This document shows, piece after piece, positions 5,487-6,340 of a stretch of 6,340 nucleotides of DNA. The position numbers and the translations under genes are program-made. This stretch comes from Candidatus Nanopusillus sp. Its GTDB lineage: Archaea > Nanobdellota > Nanobdellia > Nanobdellales > Nanobdellaceae. The stretch covers positions 1 to 6,340 of the forward strand of contig JAWDMD010000024.1 in NCBI GenBank assembly GCA_046536775.1, in the 5' to 3' direction. A model generated the notes under the pieces. It searched no databases. It was not told the origin of the DNA and was given only the letters and a program-made list of their open reading frames with translations. Every line of letters begins with the position of its first letter. The stretch's first letter is position 1.

Positions 5487-6340
5487 TCAATTTATTTCTT
5501 TTAATGCTTTCTCAAAATTTTCTACTGTTTTTTCCCATGTGAATTTTTTTGCTGTCTCTAGACCATTTTCTATTAATTTATCTCTTAGTTTATCATCTTG
5601 AAGAACTTTCAATAAATTATCTACTAAGGATTTAACATCGCCAGGTTGAGAGATTAATGCATTAAAACCATTCACCGCATAATCTCTAGAACCTTTATTA
5701 TCAGTCATAACTACAGGAGTTCCACAAGCCATAGCCTCTAATGGAGGCAAACCAAATCCTTCAACATAAGATGTATAAAGAAAAGCATCTGATGATGAAT
5801 AAAGTTCGGCAAGGACATCATCTGAAACATTAGAAAACACTGTATATTTAAAGTCCAACTTCATAGTCTTCGAATAATAACTAACAAGTCTTTTATTTCC
5901 AACAAAAATTACATGAATAGGTATTTTTTTATTAACATTTTTCAGAACTTTTAATGCTAATTCATCACCTTTATATTTAGATCCCCTCAATATTACCATA
6001 ACTTTCTTCTTATTACTTTCTTTTGTCTTGCTTTTCGGTCTAAAAATTTCTAAGTTAACGCCAGGATTGGCTATGGTGACTCTAGCAGTAGGATTATTAT
6101 CAAGTATTAATTGCTTAATATAAGAAGAAACTGCAACAAAGGAGAAAGGAAGCTTTAGAGATAGTTTAAATATATTTAATCCAACTTTCCCTTCATATAT
6201 TTCAACCAATTCCGGAAAATCTTGCATCAAATAAAATGGATTTTTATTTTGCGAAAACCAAACAGAGAAAGCTGTCAAATAATAAGTAGCAATAGTAACA
6301 TCTGCATCAAAATCTTTAATTAAATCAGCCAATTCGATAA
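5487..6340 (-). CDS. Glycosyltransferase, GT-B fold / GT4 family (group 1), C-terminal about 284 codons; the true start lies beyond the right window edge
   Basis: It has the EX7E motif in VEGFGLPPLEAMACGTPVV and a typical GT4 C-terminus (...AKKFTWEKTVENFEKALKEIN). The track's M at 6332 is a TTG codon. The frame stays open through 6333-6338 (..IE-LADLIK) and the usual N-terminal Gly-rich start of GT4 enzymes is missing, so the gene is truncated by the window. Confidence 0.85.
   Translation of the reverse strand, partial: IELADLIKDFDADVTIATYYLTAFSVWFSQNKNPFYLMQDFPELVEIYEGKVGLNIFKLSLKLPFSFVAVSSYIKQLILDNNPTARVTIANPGVNLEIFRPKSKTKESNKKKVMVILRGSKYKGDELALKVLKNVNKKIPIHVIFVGNKRLVSYYSKTMKLDFKYTVFSNVSDDVLAELYSSSDAFLYTSYVEGFGLPPLEAMACGTPVVMTDNKGSRDYAVNGFNALISQPGDVKSLVDNLLKVLQDDKLRDKLIENGLETAKKFTWEKTVENFEKALKEIN

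Noticed and set aside
6330-6332. Start codon of the right-hand GT4 gene as given in the ORF track (M at 6332)
   Set aside because: The codon is TTG, and the reading frame stays open upstream to the window edge (6333-6338 encode I-E). The protein also lacks the usual GT4 N-terminal Gly-rich segment. This is a window truncation, not the real start.
1-6340. CRISPR array, IS element/transposon, prophage or defence-system genes
   Set aside because: No regularly spaced direct repeats and no terminal inverted repeats bracketing an ORF. Every ORF of useful length is confidently a sugar-nucleotide or glycosyltransferase enzyme.

Overview
Very AT-rich window (by eye about 25-30% G+C, not computed) that reads as a cell-surface glycan biosynthesis locus. 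It is probably from a low-GC archaeon. I found no Shine-Dalgarno motif upstream of any start codon, TATA-like A/T boxes sit about 26 nt upstream of several ATGs, and RmlA is the long two-domain form. The organism cannot be identified from the sequence alone. The core is a complete four-gene dTDP-L-rhamnose pathway in two divergent pairs. These are rmlC-rmlD (minus strand, 3101 down to 1707) and rmlA-rmlB (plus strand, 3153-5140, ATGA start/stop overlap), separated by a 51-nt spacer that is 49/51 A+T. Flanking genes are a divergent GT2 glycosyltransferase (761-1663, minus), the N-terminal 144 codons of a GT4-type glycosyltransferase running off the left edge (1-432, minus, absent from the ORF track), and a second GT4-type glycosyltransferase running off the right edge (5487-6340, minus). 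Spacer 433-760 is not empty: it holds a decayed C-terminal fragment of another GT4 gene, plus an 11-bp perfect inverted repeat over the start codon of the left-edge GT4 gene. The 346-nt convergent spacer 5141-5486 is unexplained. I see no CRISPR array, transposase or integrase, tRNA/rRNA gene, or defence/toxin gene, and nothing I can defend as a new biological system. The most interesting items are the symmetric divergent promoter, the glycosyltransferase gene remnant(s) showing cluster turnover, the inverted repeat at 424-455, and the atypical GT2.
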